Below are positions 38,852 through 50,374 of a DNA stretch of 64,000 bases, one piece after another (position 1 is the first letter of the stretch; each line of letters starts with the position of its first letter). A program made the translations under genes and the position numbers. The notes below the pieces were generated by a model that did no database searches, was not told the DNA's origin, and was given only the letters and a program-made list of their open reading frames with translations. The stretch is taken from assembly GCA_964035545.1 (NCBI GenBank), contig OZ037773.1, positions 4,059,751-4,123,750 on the forward strand. The letters are read 5' to 3'. The stretch comes from Bugula neritina (lineage: Eukaryota; Animalia; Bryozoa).

Positions 38852-41800
38852 TCATGCGAATGTTGGATCTGTGAAATCTCCCTGAGTGAGGAAAGTCATG
38901 TCCGCCTCATCTAAACCATCGGCAAATATTTCGGCTCTGCAATTATTACATGACTTTTACAGCATTACTAGATATTAATAGGCTATACAATATTACTATA
39001 GCATTATGTGATAGTAATACGATTATACAATATTAATACAGTATTATGTTATAGTAATCCAGTATTATGTGATAGTATTACAACATTATATAATAGTTAG
39101 GCAGTATTATAAAATAATATTTTACACAAGTTACAATAATACATTAATACATTAATAGCAAAACAGAATTATACAATAGTAATACAGTATTAATTGACAA
39201 TAATACAACGTTAAATAGTAGTAATGTAGCATTATACAGTGGTAAAATATTATTATATATTAGTGATATAATGCTGTATACCTGAACATAAAATCGAATA
39301 TATAATAGTGATGTGCAAATCTAGGTGAACACAACAACTTTATTAAATGGCTTTTATTTATAAAATATTGTAAACATTTAGACTTTGGATCAATGCCAAA
39401 CTATAGTAAACAGTATTAAGAAGTATATTCACTTTTAAAAACCTCAACTAAAATACTAAACTTGCAAATTAGAGATAATGAAATTCTTGCTTTCACTATA
39501 CATTATGAGACACAGCTGTCAGTTCTTCAAACAACTCAACAAGTTTTTAAATGGTCATCAAAGATGGTTACATCATCATGCCAGATAATGATTGATGTTA
39601 TTAAATGACTCATAAACAAGCACCTTATGTTGTCTGTCTGCTCTTGTGACATGGGAAGGAAAGTGCTCTCATGGTAGTTGTTCTGCAGAGGAAGGTTACT
39701 TGCCACTGGCTTGTTTGAGTTCATCTTCACAAACAAGGAGCGTAGAATAGATTCCCTGGACTCCCAGGGGAGGTCTGACACAGAGACGTGTTTCTTTGGC
39801 TTATCTCTGAAAAATATTATAATACAGTAACTAAAAATGTATATACCGTCAATTTACTATTTAATTCTTATACTGAGCTGTGTTAAGGAAGTATAACCAT
39901 GGATAAAAATTTCAAGTGCGGTAAAAATACATTTTCAATAACATTAGTTTCCCAGTTTCATCAATTAGTCGTGGTTTGGGCAATGAGTTGAAATTCCAAC
40001 GACAACATAACTTTTTTAGCTACATCTTCATCTAGAGCACGGATTGATCTCAATTTTCCTATAAGGCCCCACCAGCACTTATAACAGTTTAAGAGGGAAG
40101 TCCCAGATTGACTTCTAATCATTGATAATGAGAGGAAAAACTTGATCACAATTACTTATGTGCTGCACATGATATCTTGAGAATGATAGCAACAAAAGAA
40201 GCTACCCACCCTCAAACAACAAAATATTCACTAAAGCCATCAAACTGCAAATAATAGATTCCTCACAAATTACTATTAAAGGTTTTGACTCATTTTAGTG
40301 GAATTGTGGCTGCATTACATAACAATATGTCACCAGGTGTTCTAAGTCTAAAAAATTCTTAACCACTACTTGACAGGTAAAAGTTGTTATCGATGTTTAT
40401 CATTTAAACACTTCATTATTTCCTCGTCACTCATTATTCTTATGAGAACCAAGAACTAATAATAGCAACATGTATTTTGGAGAGGATAACTTCCAATTAG
40501 GCGTACAAAGATTATTTTTCTTTGACACACAACTACATCACCAACATAATATGACAGTATAGCATATTGACAGAGTCATATGTGCTTACAGATGGAAAGC
40601 GATATCTTCCTTTGCCTGGTTGAGACTGTTGAGGAAATGCTGTTCGACATCAGTGCGCTGAGAAAGGAGATGGCGAGACAACTTCCTTACTTTACTACAC
40701 TCTATGGCTTTCAGTTCACACAGCCGCTCCAGCTTGCTGATTTCTACCTACAAACAGAGCTAGCTGTGAGTAGCTATGTTCATCATACTCAAATTAATGC
40801 ACTACTCGGAAAAATACTAAACTACACTATACTATACTATACGATACTATACGATACTGCACTTCAGCACAACGCAGTACAAATCACTACAACACACTAG
40901 AATATATTGCAATACTCTACACAGAAGTACATCACACTACAGTAAACTACGCTACACTATAGTAAACTACGCTATACTACAGTACATAACGCTAGAATAC
41001 AATACACTAGAATGCAATATACACTAGAATACAGCACAATACACCTCACTACACTACAGTACGATACACTACAGTACGATACACTACAGTACGATACACT
41101 ACACTACAGTACGATACACTACAGTACGATACACTACACTACACTACAGTACGATACACTACACTACAGTACAATACACTACGCTACAGCAAACTACTGA
41201 AATAAACTACTGAACTAAACTCTGCATTAGAATTAGATGAATGACTCACTCCTGATGACTCAGCTTCTATGTGGGACATCTCATGAATGTGTCTTTGTTG
41301 TTTATCAAACCTATTGACGAGGTCATTGATTACTTTCTCTAATGCTTCTATCCTCTCTTCAGTCTGCATAATCGTGATATTTGTAATGGAAGAAATTTAG
41401 GAGAAACTTATTACTTAACATATTTAAATGGCGGGGTACTAAAAATAGTAATGCATTTTACTGTGAGAAAAGGTAAGTAACATACTATTAGAAGCATCTT
41501 CTATTGACTTAGTAGGTTTGGTTCTATAGACATTGCTAGGTGAGTAGGTACTCTAAATACTAAGCATCAGCTAAAGGCTTAATAATTCCTCTAGTAATAA
41601 AAAACTATGACCTATGAATCAAACTAAATGGTTTAACCAATAAGAACTGAATATCACATCACATGACTATTCAGGTGACAACCACCTACTATCAAATCAA
41701 TATAGCAATCAGATTTCGATATGCTGGATTGATGAACACAATTGTGATTGGAAATATAATTCGAAATATTTAAGATGGCATATATGTGCATCAGACAAGC

Positions 41801-44800
41801 AACTCTTGTTAGTACACTAAAATCGTCTGCCTAAACTGAATTCTATGCATAAATGAAGGGTGCATACAGTTGAGCCCCCACCTCTACTATTTGGCGCTTT
41901 TGTGTCTGCGTTTCAGACACCTTCTGCTGCACGACAGACTCCGTATCCGTTTGCTGTAGTTTCAACTCATCTATTCCCTTCTCCAGGTCTGAATATAATA
42001 CAATATCCAGTGATACAAATTCTCATTATCAAACTATCTGGTATATAATTAAATTTAGTATTGGAACTTATCAGAAAGACATTTTTGAAAAGGCAAATGG
42101 AATTTTCTAAAATTCACAAGATCTTCAGCTAAACAGTTTCACACGGATAATGACTGACCAAAATTTCGCTTTCGCAAATTTTCTCCTTCTTTTGTGTGGA
42201 AACGCAGCGCTTCTGTAAGTCGTACATTCTCTTTATAAATAGATCGTGCGGTCTCGTCTAAATTTCTACAAGAAAATATCATCTATTAGGGTTTCACTTA
42301 TATAAGGAGAATGAATTGTATTAATTAGAACATATTTATAATATAAGTACTATAATATTATAATACAATATTATATAATAATCATACAAACAATTTTTTT
42401 GTATGGATACATATTGCTATCAATAAAAACACCATTATAAGGAGTTGCATTCTGTAAGACAGAACAAGTACCATCAGATGGCTAAAGGCATGTCATGAAT
42501 TTTAAAATTATTGAGCCACAATCTTGTAAATGACTGTAATACTAATTCACAATACTTTTCTTAAACCTTATTAGTGTATAGGTGAGCTGATGGAAAACTA
42601 AAACTAATGATGTCATCAACATTGGTATAACTGTGTTACCTCATTTCTAACATATTTTATATTTCAACAAGAGTAGACGATGCTAATTTTCAGCACCGTA
42701 TCTGAACTAATCATTCACTCACGTGATTGCCTGTTGGTGTGCTCGATCAGCCAGCTCCGAGATCTTCTGATTGGTGTCCTGCTGCATCGAGACTTTCTCG
42801 GCTTCAAACTTCTCAATCATTCTAGACGTGTCCTCTTTGTGTTCACGGTTTGCCAAAAACATGGCGTCTTTAATTTCATCCAATTCCCTCTGCATTGCAA
42901 CTCTCTTTTTTCTAAACTCCTATGGCAATGAATAGGATGTGATAATCAAGAAATAAATAAGATTTAAATACATGATATATAAACTAAGATAATATAATAA
43001 CAAGCATTATTTAATAGATGAGATTCTAGTAAATGAACTAAATCTACAATAATGTAGAGGAAAATTTTATGTGCATAGAAAGTGAAATTACTACCAGTCC
43101 AATGATTTAAATTAGTTTTGCATAGCTACATTCAAATAATTTAAAATCTTTCATATGTTGGCAGTTAATTATTTTAGCATTTAAAGTTCAACTTATTTGA
43201 ACTCATAAAAACAATCTAAAAACGATTAAGTAATGAGACTAGATAAAAATGTTTTCTAACTTATTTACTTTCTTACAACTGAACAACCCAGTGCTACAAA
43301 GTGATTAACAATAAGTTATTGTACTCAATAAAATAAACTCCCCCTAGCCAAGTCACTCAAACCAAATCACTCAGATAATTATAAGTTTGCTTTCACTAAC
43401 CTTTACATGCTTCAGTTCATTTTGCATCAAAACTAAGTCATCCTGTTTCTTGGATATGTCGGACTCCAGGGTTTCTATTTGCTCTGTGTAATCTTTAATT
43501 AGAGTTTTCTTCTCTTGTTCATTCTGCTCCAAACATTTTTTTAATTCATCTTCCAGTTTGCTTACCTAAAAATAGAATTTCAATTATTTTTATGCAACTA
43601 AAATCGAGTAAATATAATTATTTTGTTCACTAAATAAAAAAAGATTAAAACAGGAAGAAATTTCACTCTTACTATTGTATCTTTCTTTTGGTCTTGCGCT
43701 TTAAGAAAAGTTATAACATCAATCGTATCCAATTCAACTTGCTTCATTTGACTCTGTAGCATCTCATTGTGGGAAGACAACTGCTGACAGTTGTCCCTAA
43801 GCAAAATAAGTACAAATACCAACTTTTGAGCTTTAATAGCAATTAGATATTTCACACAGAAATGACAAACATTGCAGGAGAGTTGAAAAGTAAGTCAATA
43901 GCAATATTAAAATTTTGACATACATGTTGAAGCAAGTTATAAAATTTTGCAACATGTCTGACAAATTCTGCTAAGCAGGGTTTAAGTTCAACTATAAATT
44001 GATAAACTTTATTATTATACTACTATTATATTGTACATTAGTAAATTTGAGCATGAAATCATAGGCAAATGTGTTAAATAAAACTTGCACTATTTGTAGG
44101 TATTGCATGTAATATAAATTGTATAATATGACTAGTGCAATGCTATAATGTACTCATTGATATGAGTACATCGTACCATTTTTCCCAAATAACTTTTTGA
44201 CACAAAATTAAGACAATTATAACAATTTTAACTTCTTATATAACAAACATATAATTATAAATAATTTAGTTTAGAAAAAAGAGTAATTGGAAAATTACAG
44301 GTTGAATAGGGTTGAGAGAAATCAAATATATAAATTTTAACAAAATTGGTAGCAACCTCAAAAAAAGTATTTTCCTTTGAAAATTTGATGAACTTTTAGC
44401 AAAATTTAAAAAGCTAAACACTAAAAGTTTTACAGTATTATGTACAGTATATAACAATATACCTTTTTTGTAATATTTACTTTAAACAAGTATTTGTTTT
44501 ACTATAATTTTTACAGAATTATCTTCTTTACAAACCTGAGTCAGCAGGTGCATTACCTGAGCAAATAAACCTCGTTTTATTATAAACCTGGCTGGCAAAT
44601 TTATTATTTTACTATAGAGCTATGCCAATAGATATCATTATTGTCATAAAGTTGGCCCAGTAACCTATGTCTCAATTTACGTAGATCACTATGCTAACAG
44701 AATATTACACACATACATAATCAGTGTTCATGACGCCATCAGAAAAACTAATTTAAATCTTCAGAGACGACTGCAAAAGCTATTAGTTGAAAAATTGGAT

Positions 44801-45635
44801 TTTTCTCTCATCTATAACCACTTCAATGATGAAAAACACATTTTACTGCATATTTCACAGTCTTTAGTTTGATGCATGAGGTTATAAGAATACTTGAAGT
44901 TGTCTTTTGTCTTCTCTGTAGTGCGAAGTCTTGCTTGCCAAATTTTTTCATTAGCAATAGCCTGCTTATCAGCTGATTCTACCTTCTTTCCCTTTTTTCC
45001 ACTAGAAAATAACATAACAAGTATACAAGCAGAAAAATACAAAATTTCAAACTATTTAAACAAACTTTTAACGTTATGCTGCTTGTTTTTACAAAAATTC
45101 AAAAACATGTAAATTAAAGCAAATGAATTCACATACCAGTTTTTATGCATTGTAACTGTGAAAAAATGTTTGCTAATTTCATTATAACTTGACACATTTA
45201 AAAAAAACTTTTAGATCAGTCATCTGCATTAAATTAAAATAAACATAGATAAAATTGAGTCATCAGAAAATTAAACAAAAAACAACTAAAAATTTTACAG
45301 CAGTTGAACAAAATTGAAAAGATCGCTTGTCATTGTCATTGTGGTTGCAAGTAAATCTTAGTATTACATTTACTAAGAAAAGTTAAAAATTCTAAAGCTT
45401 ATAACATACATATAATTATCATAAACTTGATTGCACAACATCGTTGGAATAAAACAACTTTTTCATATAAACATATTTGCAAATCTTTTAAAATGACTAA
45501 CTAATTTTAAGATAATAATAATAATAATCGTAATAATGATAAACAGTAGGGACTGGGGTAAAACTAAATAAACTCAACCAACCTCTTTTTCCCTTTTTTT
45601 CCTTTACCACCCTTTTTTCCTTTTTTGGGAGCCAT
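38852..45635 (-). CDS. BBOF1: Basal body-orientation factor 1 (CCDC176)
   Basis: Exons approx.: 45583-45635 (MAPKKGKKGGKGKKGKK), 44894-45002, 43673-43796 (ELDTIDVITFLKAQDQKKD), 43401-43565, 42700-42920, 42159-42265 (NLDETARSIYKENVRLTEAL), 41882-41988, 41251-41364, 40590-40749 (LLSQRTDVEQHFLNSL), 39625-39807 (VSDLPWESRESILRSLFVKMN) and 38852-38936 (MTFLTQG..TGA). One internal exon may be missing from the model. Confidence 0.87.
38990..39270. repeat. Degenerate AT-rich intronic tandem repeat (AGTATTATGTGATAGTAATAC-like, ~21 bp)
   Basis: Visible periodic copies in the last BBOF1 intron. Confidence 0.7.
40820..41187. repeat. Intronic pentamer-derived repeat (ACACT/ACAGT/ACGAT)
   Basis: ACACTACAGTACGAT units. 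Explains ORFs 41012-41200 and the tail of 40580-40900. Confidence 0.9.
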
Positions 45636-45779
45636 AACAATATCTATTAAGTAACAATTCTTAAAATGAAAAAAAACCTTAGATTTACTTGCTAAACGCA
45701 AGTAAAATATATAACAATTATTTTATTAGGCAGAATAAGTAAAGTAGTTAAAATCAACTCAAACTGATCTTTTTAAATT

Positions 45780-45900
45780 AAACTTTTCTGTGGAGGAGCT
45801 ATAGCAACTAAAGACCTTGACACAGTGAAACCTAGTATTACCTCCGGGAAACAAAACGCCATTTGGCACATTTTTCGACAGGTAATAAACTTATTATAAA
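45780..45900. promoter_or_regulatory. Putative bidirectional promoter BBOF1/MEA1 with an RFX X-box-like site
   Basis: GGAGCTATAGCAAC at ~45795-45808 (minus strand GTTGCTATAGCTCC, imperfect X-box) lies ~160 bp upstream of the ATG of a motile-cilia gene. A candidate MEA1 5'UTR donor CAG|GTAATA is at ~45882. Confidence 0.55.
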
Positions 45901-46129
45901 TAATAATCTAGAAATGTATAAACACCACAAGGAACAAGCAATTGGGCTTTACTCCATATCCGGTTACTGAAAGTCTGAAACAGCTTAGTTAACTAAATTA
46001 AATTAGATATGAGAATAAGTTAGATATGAGCTATGTAATTCAATGTTAATGGGTTTTTTTTACATAACTCTCAATTGTAGTAAAAATTCAGTGTATTTAT
46101 GTCTCCTATAAATATAAATAGTAATATTT

Positions 46130-46620
46130 AATGTAATAATACCAATATTTTCTAATAAGTTTCTAAATTAATAATAATTCATAATTGAGGAGTTATTACT
46201 ATTAGTATTAGTATTAGTATTACTATTACTATTTGGATTACTATTTGGATTAGTATTAGACTATTACGAATTGAAATTGAAATACAAATTGAAAAATAGT
46301 TAATACTAATTTACTAACAGTAACCGTAACTAATAGTAATAATAAATATAAATATATTAAACAGAGTATAATTGTTTAATACTTTAATTAGTCATGTAAA
46401 TATTCTGCTAAATTTAACTTGAGTTACTACTTACTAGTATTATTATTGATATTATTATAGTTAAACATATTATTTAGAATTTTTACTTGATAGTTTTTAG
46501 TATTGACATAAATATTGTATTTTTGGTGTTTACTACCTGGCAGATTATTAGTATTACTATGTATGTTGTAGGCCTACCACTTGTATTATTTATTTACTTG
46601 TCTTTATAAATTAATTATAG
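46130..46620. repeat. Promoter-flanking degenerate 3/6-nt periodic tract
   Basis: attagtattagtattagtattactattactatttggattact; aattgaaattgaaatacaaattgaa; cagtaaccgtaactaatagtaat. Confidence 0.7.
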
Positions 46621-46858
46621 GTACTATGGCTTATGCTGATATAAATAATCATTGAATATAATTAAACATAATTAACATTATGATATTTGTATGTATTTAA
46701 AAGTATTTGTGTAAAGTCTTGAATGGCTGTTGGATATGCCAGTTTGTTGATATCACTGTTTTCAGGTTTTAATAAAAAATCTTATTTTCAGCTACATGCT
46801 ACATATTTTGTAATTACAATTTTATAACAAAAGTGTTTGTTTTTTTTCAAGAAATAGT

Positions 46859-48979
46859 ATGACCCCGACTCCTGATCCTAAAGAGTCACCTGCAGGTGAT
46901 GTAGAACCTGAACTACGCAACATCGGAGGTCCCCAGGTTATTGAAGTTTCCTCAGATTCTGATTCTGACCTTGATGTAGAAGTTGATGGTAAGATGCTAT
47001 ACAATGTCCAGTTCATGCTGTGGGTCTTAGCGTAGGGCCACACGACGCGATTTACACGCGCATGACGTGCGAGAAAACCTGTTTAGACATGCCACACACA
47101 ATGCCTGTGTTGCGAGTGAGGAAATTTATTAGCTAATGATGTTAGCGTTAAACTTTACTGCTCGCCTACCGACGTTTGTTTTTAAAACTGCGTCATCGGC
47201 AAAGTGACTTCAGATATTATAAAAGCGGAAATGCAAACTATATAAAACTGTTTTAATTCAGTTCGCTAAAAGCTAAAACGTGAATTAAAATACAAAAGTG
47301 TGCTTGCTAAATGATAATAAGCCAATTAGATCAAATTTGCATGAGCTTGCCACACTTCTCGATCAGCATGTTAGACGTATGAAAACCCTCCACACGGTGT
47401 ACCATTTTTGGGCTAAACGGGTTTTCTCGCACGTCACTCGCGTGTAAAACGCGTCGTGTAGCCCTACGCTTAGTCTAGGTACAGTTAATATTATAATTAA
47501 AACTGTCATTCAGTTAATTAGCATTAGAATCACAAACAGCGCTAACATGTTAGCCTCTAGTTAATTGAAACAAGTCAATGTTACTAAAAGGAGTGAGCAA
47601 AATCTGAAGAAAATGGTGAGGGTATGGTGTACCCCGCAACTTTAACCACCAGCTATAGGTAGTACATTTGTTGTTAGCCTATCATAATATAGGCAGACTC
47701 CCATTGCCCAACAGTCCAGATCTGAGATAGGTCAGGATGATGAAGGTAGTCTGTTTCACGGACTGGCTTATAATGGCATGCCCACTCTGCTGGAATACTT
47801 GTTTTGCTTCACCACAGCTGTCAGTCAATTTCTAATATAGACATATTTACTTCTTGTTATGAAGCATAATTTTTCGTGTTGGCAGCTGATTTTATTAGAC
47901 AATACCGCTCATTATATTATTATACACATTTTTTTACAATGTTTGAGTTATATTGTTTTAATGTTATATTTTGAATTGTATTTTGTTGTAGGGGGATATG
48001 TACCTTTAGCTCAGGGTCCAGATTCTGATAGGTCAAGTTCTGATGAAGATGCAGAGTTTGTCCCAGAATTGCCTGCCCCTGTAAGTTGGAGTTGTCTCTA
48101 ATCATTGCTCTCTAATACACAGACTAGTTTATGCATAGCTCGTAATCACTGCTACATGATTGCTTGGTTATTGCTGTTTTATATTTCTCATACTTTGATG
48201 GACAGTCGACTATAACTACATATTCTCAAGTCATTGAGTAGGTAGCTTTCATAAGATGAGTTATATGAACTATTAGGAGTTGTCTTATTTCTTTAAACTA
48301 AGAAACTTATACAATTGAATTACCACAAATAATAATGGTGAACATTTGGGAAAGCATCAATCATTGTAACATAAAAAGTGATTAGATATATAGTGTGTAG
48401 AAATTTGAATACGCGAGTTTTTGGAACCTTGTCTGTGTAGTTGAATACATATATAATGTAAAAATGGGAAAAATAATGTAAGCGGTCCTCGCTATTCACT
48501 GTATATAATAAAGAGTGTAAATAAAGTAAGTTGTATATTTGACAACATCAATGTGATGAGATTGTAATGCATAAATCAATTTTAACTGTGGTGTACTTTT
48601 TCTCAGAATGAAAATTTGTTAAATGAGCATTCTTTGGTTTTTTGTGTAGGGCAACATTACCATGCCTGAAAAGCAGGCCAATGAAATAAAGGCTGTCATG
48701 GCAAACATTAAGCTACCAAACATCCCATCCTGGGCTAAGCAGATACCAGAAGAGCAATGGATGTCATCCCTAATGGAGAACTTAACTCGGACTAGGGGTC
48801 AGGGTCAGTCAAATGTGAAAGGTCAAGACCAAACTAATCATGCATCTACCTCATTGCAACAGACACTCGCCCAGCCTAGTCAAATTATCCCAGAGTTTGA
48901 GGTCAACTTTGAAGAACATTTTCCAAACCAGCCAACGCAACAGATTGAAGGCAATGGCCAAGCACATTCACTTACGTAG
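46859..48979 (+). CDS. MEA1: Male-enhanced antigen 1 homolog
   Basis: Exons 46859-46988 (MTPTPDPKESP..acidic), 47992-48080 (GGYVPLAQGPD) and 48650-48979 (ITMPEKQANEIKAVMANIKLPNIPSWAKQIPEEQW), matching the MEA1 motif M..E.VK..MA.V.LP...P.WA..I....W. Confidence 0.8.
47030..47469. mobile_element. MITE, 440 bp, PIF/Harbinger-like, in MEA1 intron
   Basis: Long imperfect TIRs GCGTAGGGCCACACGACGCGATTTACACGCG..GAGAAAACCTGTTTAG / CTAAACGGGTTTTCTCG..CGCGTCGTGTAGCCCTACGC. TTA target-site duplication at 47027-47029 and 47470-47472. Confidence 0.9.
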
Positions 48980-50374
48980 CATTGGTGTAGAAAATGTTAA
49001 AGAACCCGATTTGTGATCTCAGCTTGAAGAAAATGCACTTACAAAATATTGAAATAGGAATTCACCATAATGCGTAGAAAAACTGTGATTTTTCGGTTAG
49101 TATTTGGGAGTTGTCCTCTATATGCTGCAAATATTTTCACATGTTTTTTGAGATTTATTCAGGTATTTATATTTTATAAACTAGACATGACCTCTGGTTG
49201 AGAACTGAATGGTTTGAGTTTAGAAATTAGGCAACAGAAGTGATAAAGTTTGTCATAGTGATAAGATCTAGCATCTGAGTATACAGATGCTCAGAATGGA
49301 GCTCCTGTCTTAAACGCTGCTTACCCCCCAGTTTTATTTATTACATTGGAATATAGAATGCATGAGGTGCTGATAGCACGTGATCATAACTAGTATGTTT
49401 CCTTTTACCATCATCATTACAGAGCGGTTGTTTTGTGTTTAAAAAGCTATTTATTGTTCTACAAGGGACATCTATTACAGTGTATCACAAGAAGTTGGTA
49501 TATTTTTTTCTATCGTTTGAATAAATATGAACAACATACAACTCTCATTTTAAAATAACATATTTTTTATACTAAAAAGTAAAATAAGCATATAATTTCC
49601 TATCAAGAAATGTACAGTAGAAAATGCAGTTTTGCAAATGCCTACATATAAATTTAATTATTAGTACCAACATTTGGAGCTTGAACCATTACCTAGACTG
49701 TAGTAGGTAGTAATAAATATGCATATCTTAATATTTTGCTTGAAGTAAAATAAAACATTAAAACAACCAACAAAACGAGTAACATGGCAAAATATAGAAT
49801 ATTTTTGTTATACTGATATATCACAAAAAGTGGTTAGTAACTTCATAAAAAGATATATTCAGCTGTAGGTATAGATTAGTGTGCGAAACAACACTTTAGA
49901 AAACGATCTATCCACTGTTAGAAAAATTCCAGTATTGCACTGCAACTGATGTATGAGCAGTTCAGCAGTAAATAAATGACGAGACCTGAGAACATGAGCT
50001 ATCAAACTTACATTTCAAAAGTCAGTGAAGATCTTTCAAACGCAAATGCAGAATCTTTTGATAACAAAAATACGTCTAGTATGAAATATATCGTGTAAAG
50101 TTAAAAAGCTGTATACTACATATCAAGCAGTTGAGTTGGAAAGACCTAATGTTGGGTACAGAGGCTAAACTGCATGAATGAATGTAATACTTTAGAAACA
50201 GCATGCAGGTAATACTGTGAGACTAGCTGTTGGGTGATGATAAAACACAATGAGATCTTTTCTTAACCCTTCATATATAATACAGACTTGGCATTGATGT
50301 CTACCGATTAGCGAGTTAGTTTAAACTCAAGAGATTTCAGAGGTCGATGATAGCTACTGGCCATTTGGTTAGAG

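Noticed and set aside
41184-41369. Nested gene or gag-like coiled-coil ORF inside BBOF1
   Set aside because: 41251-41364 is an ordinary in-phase BBOF1 exon.
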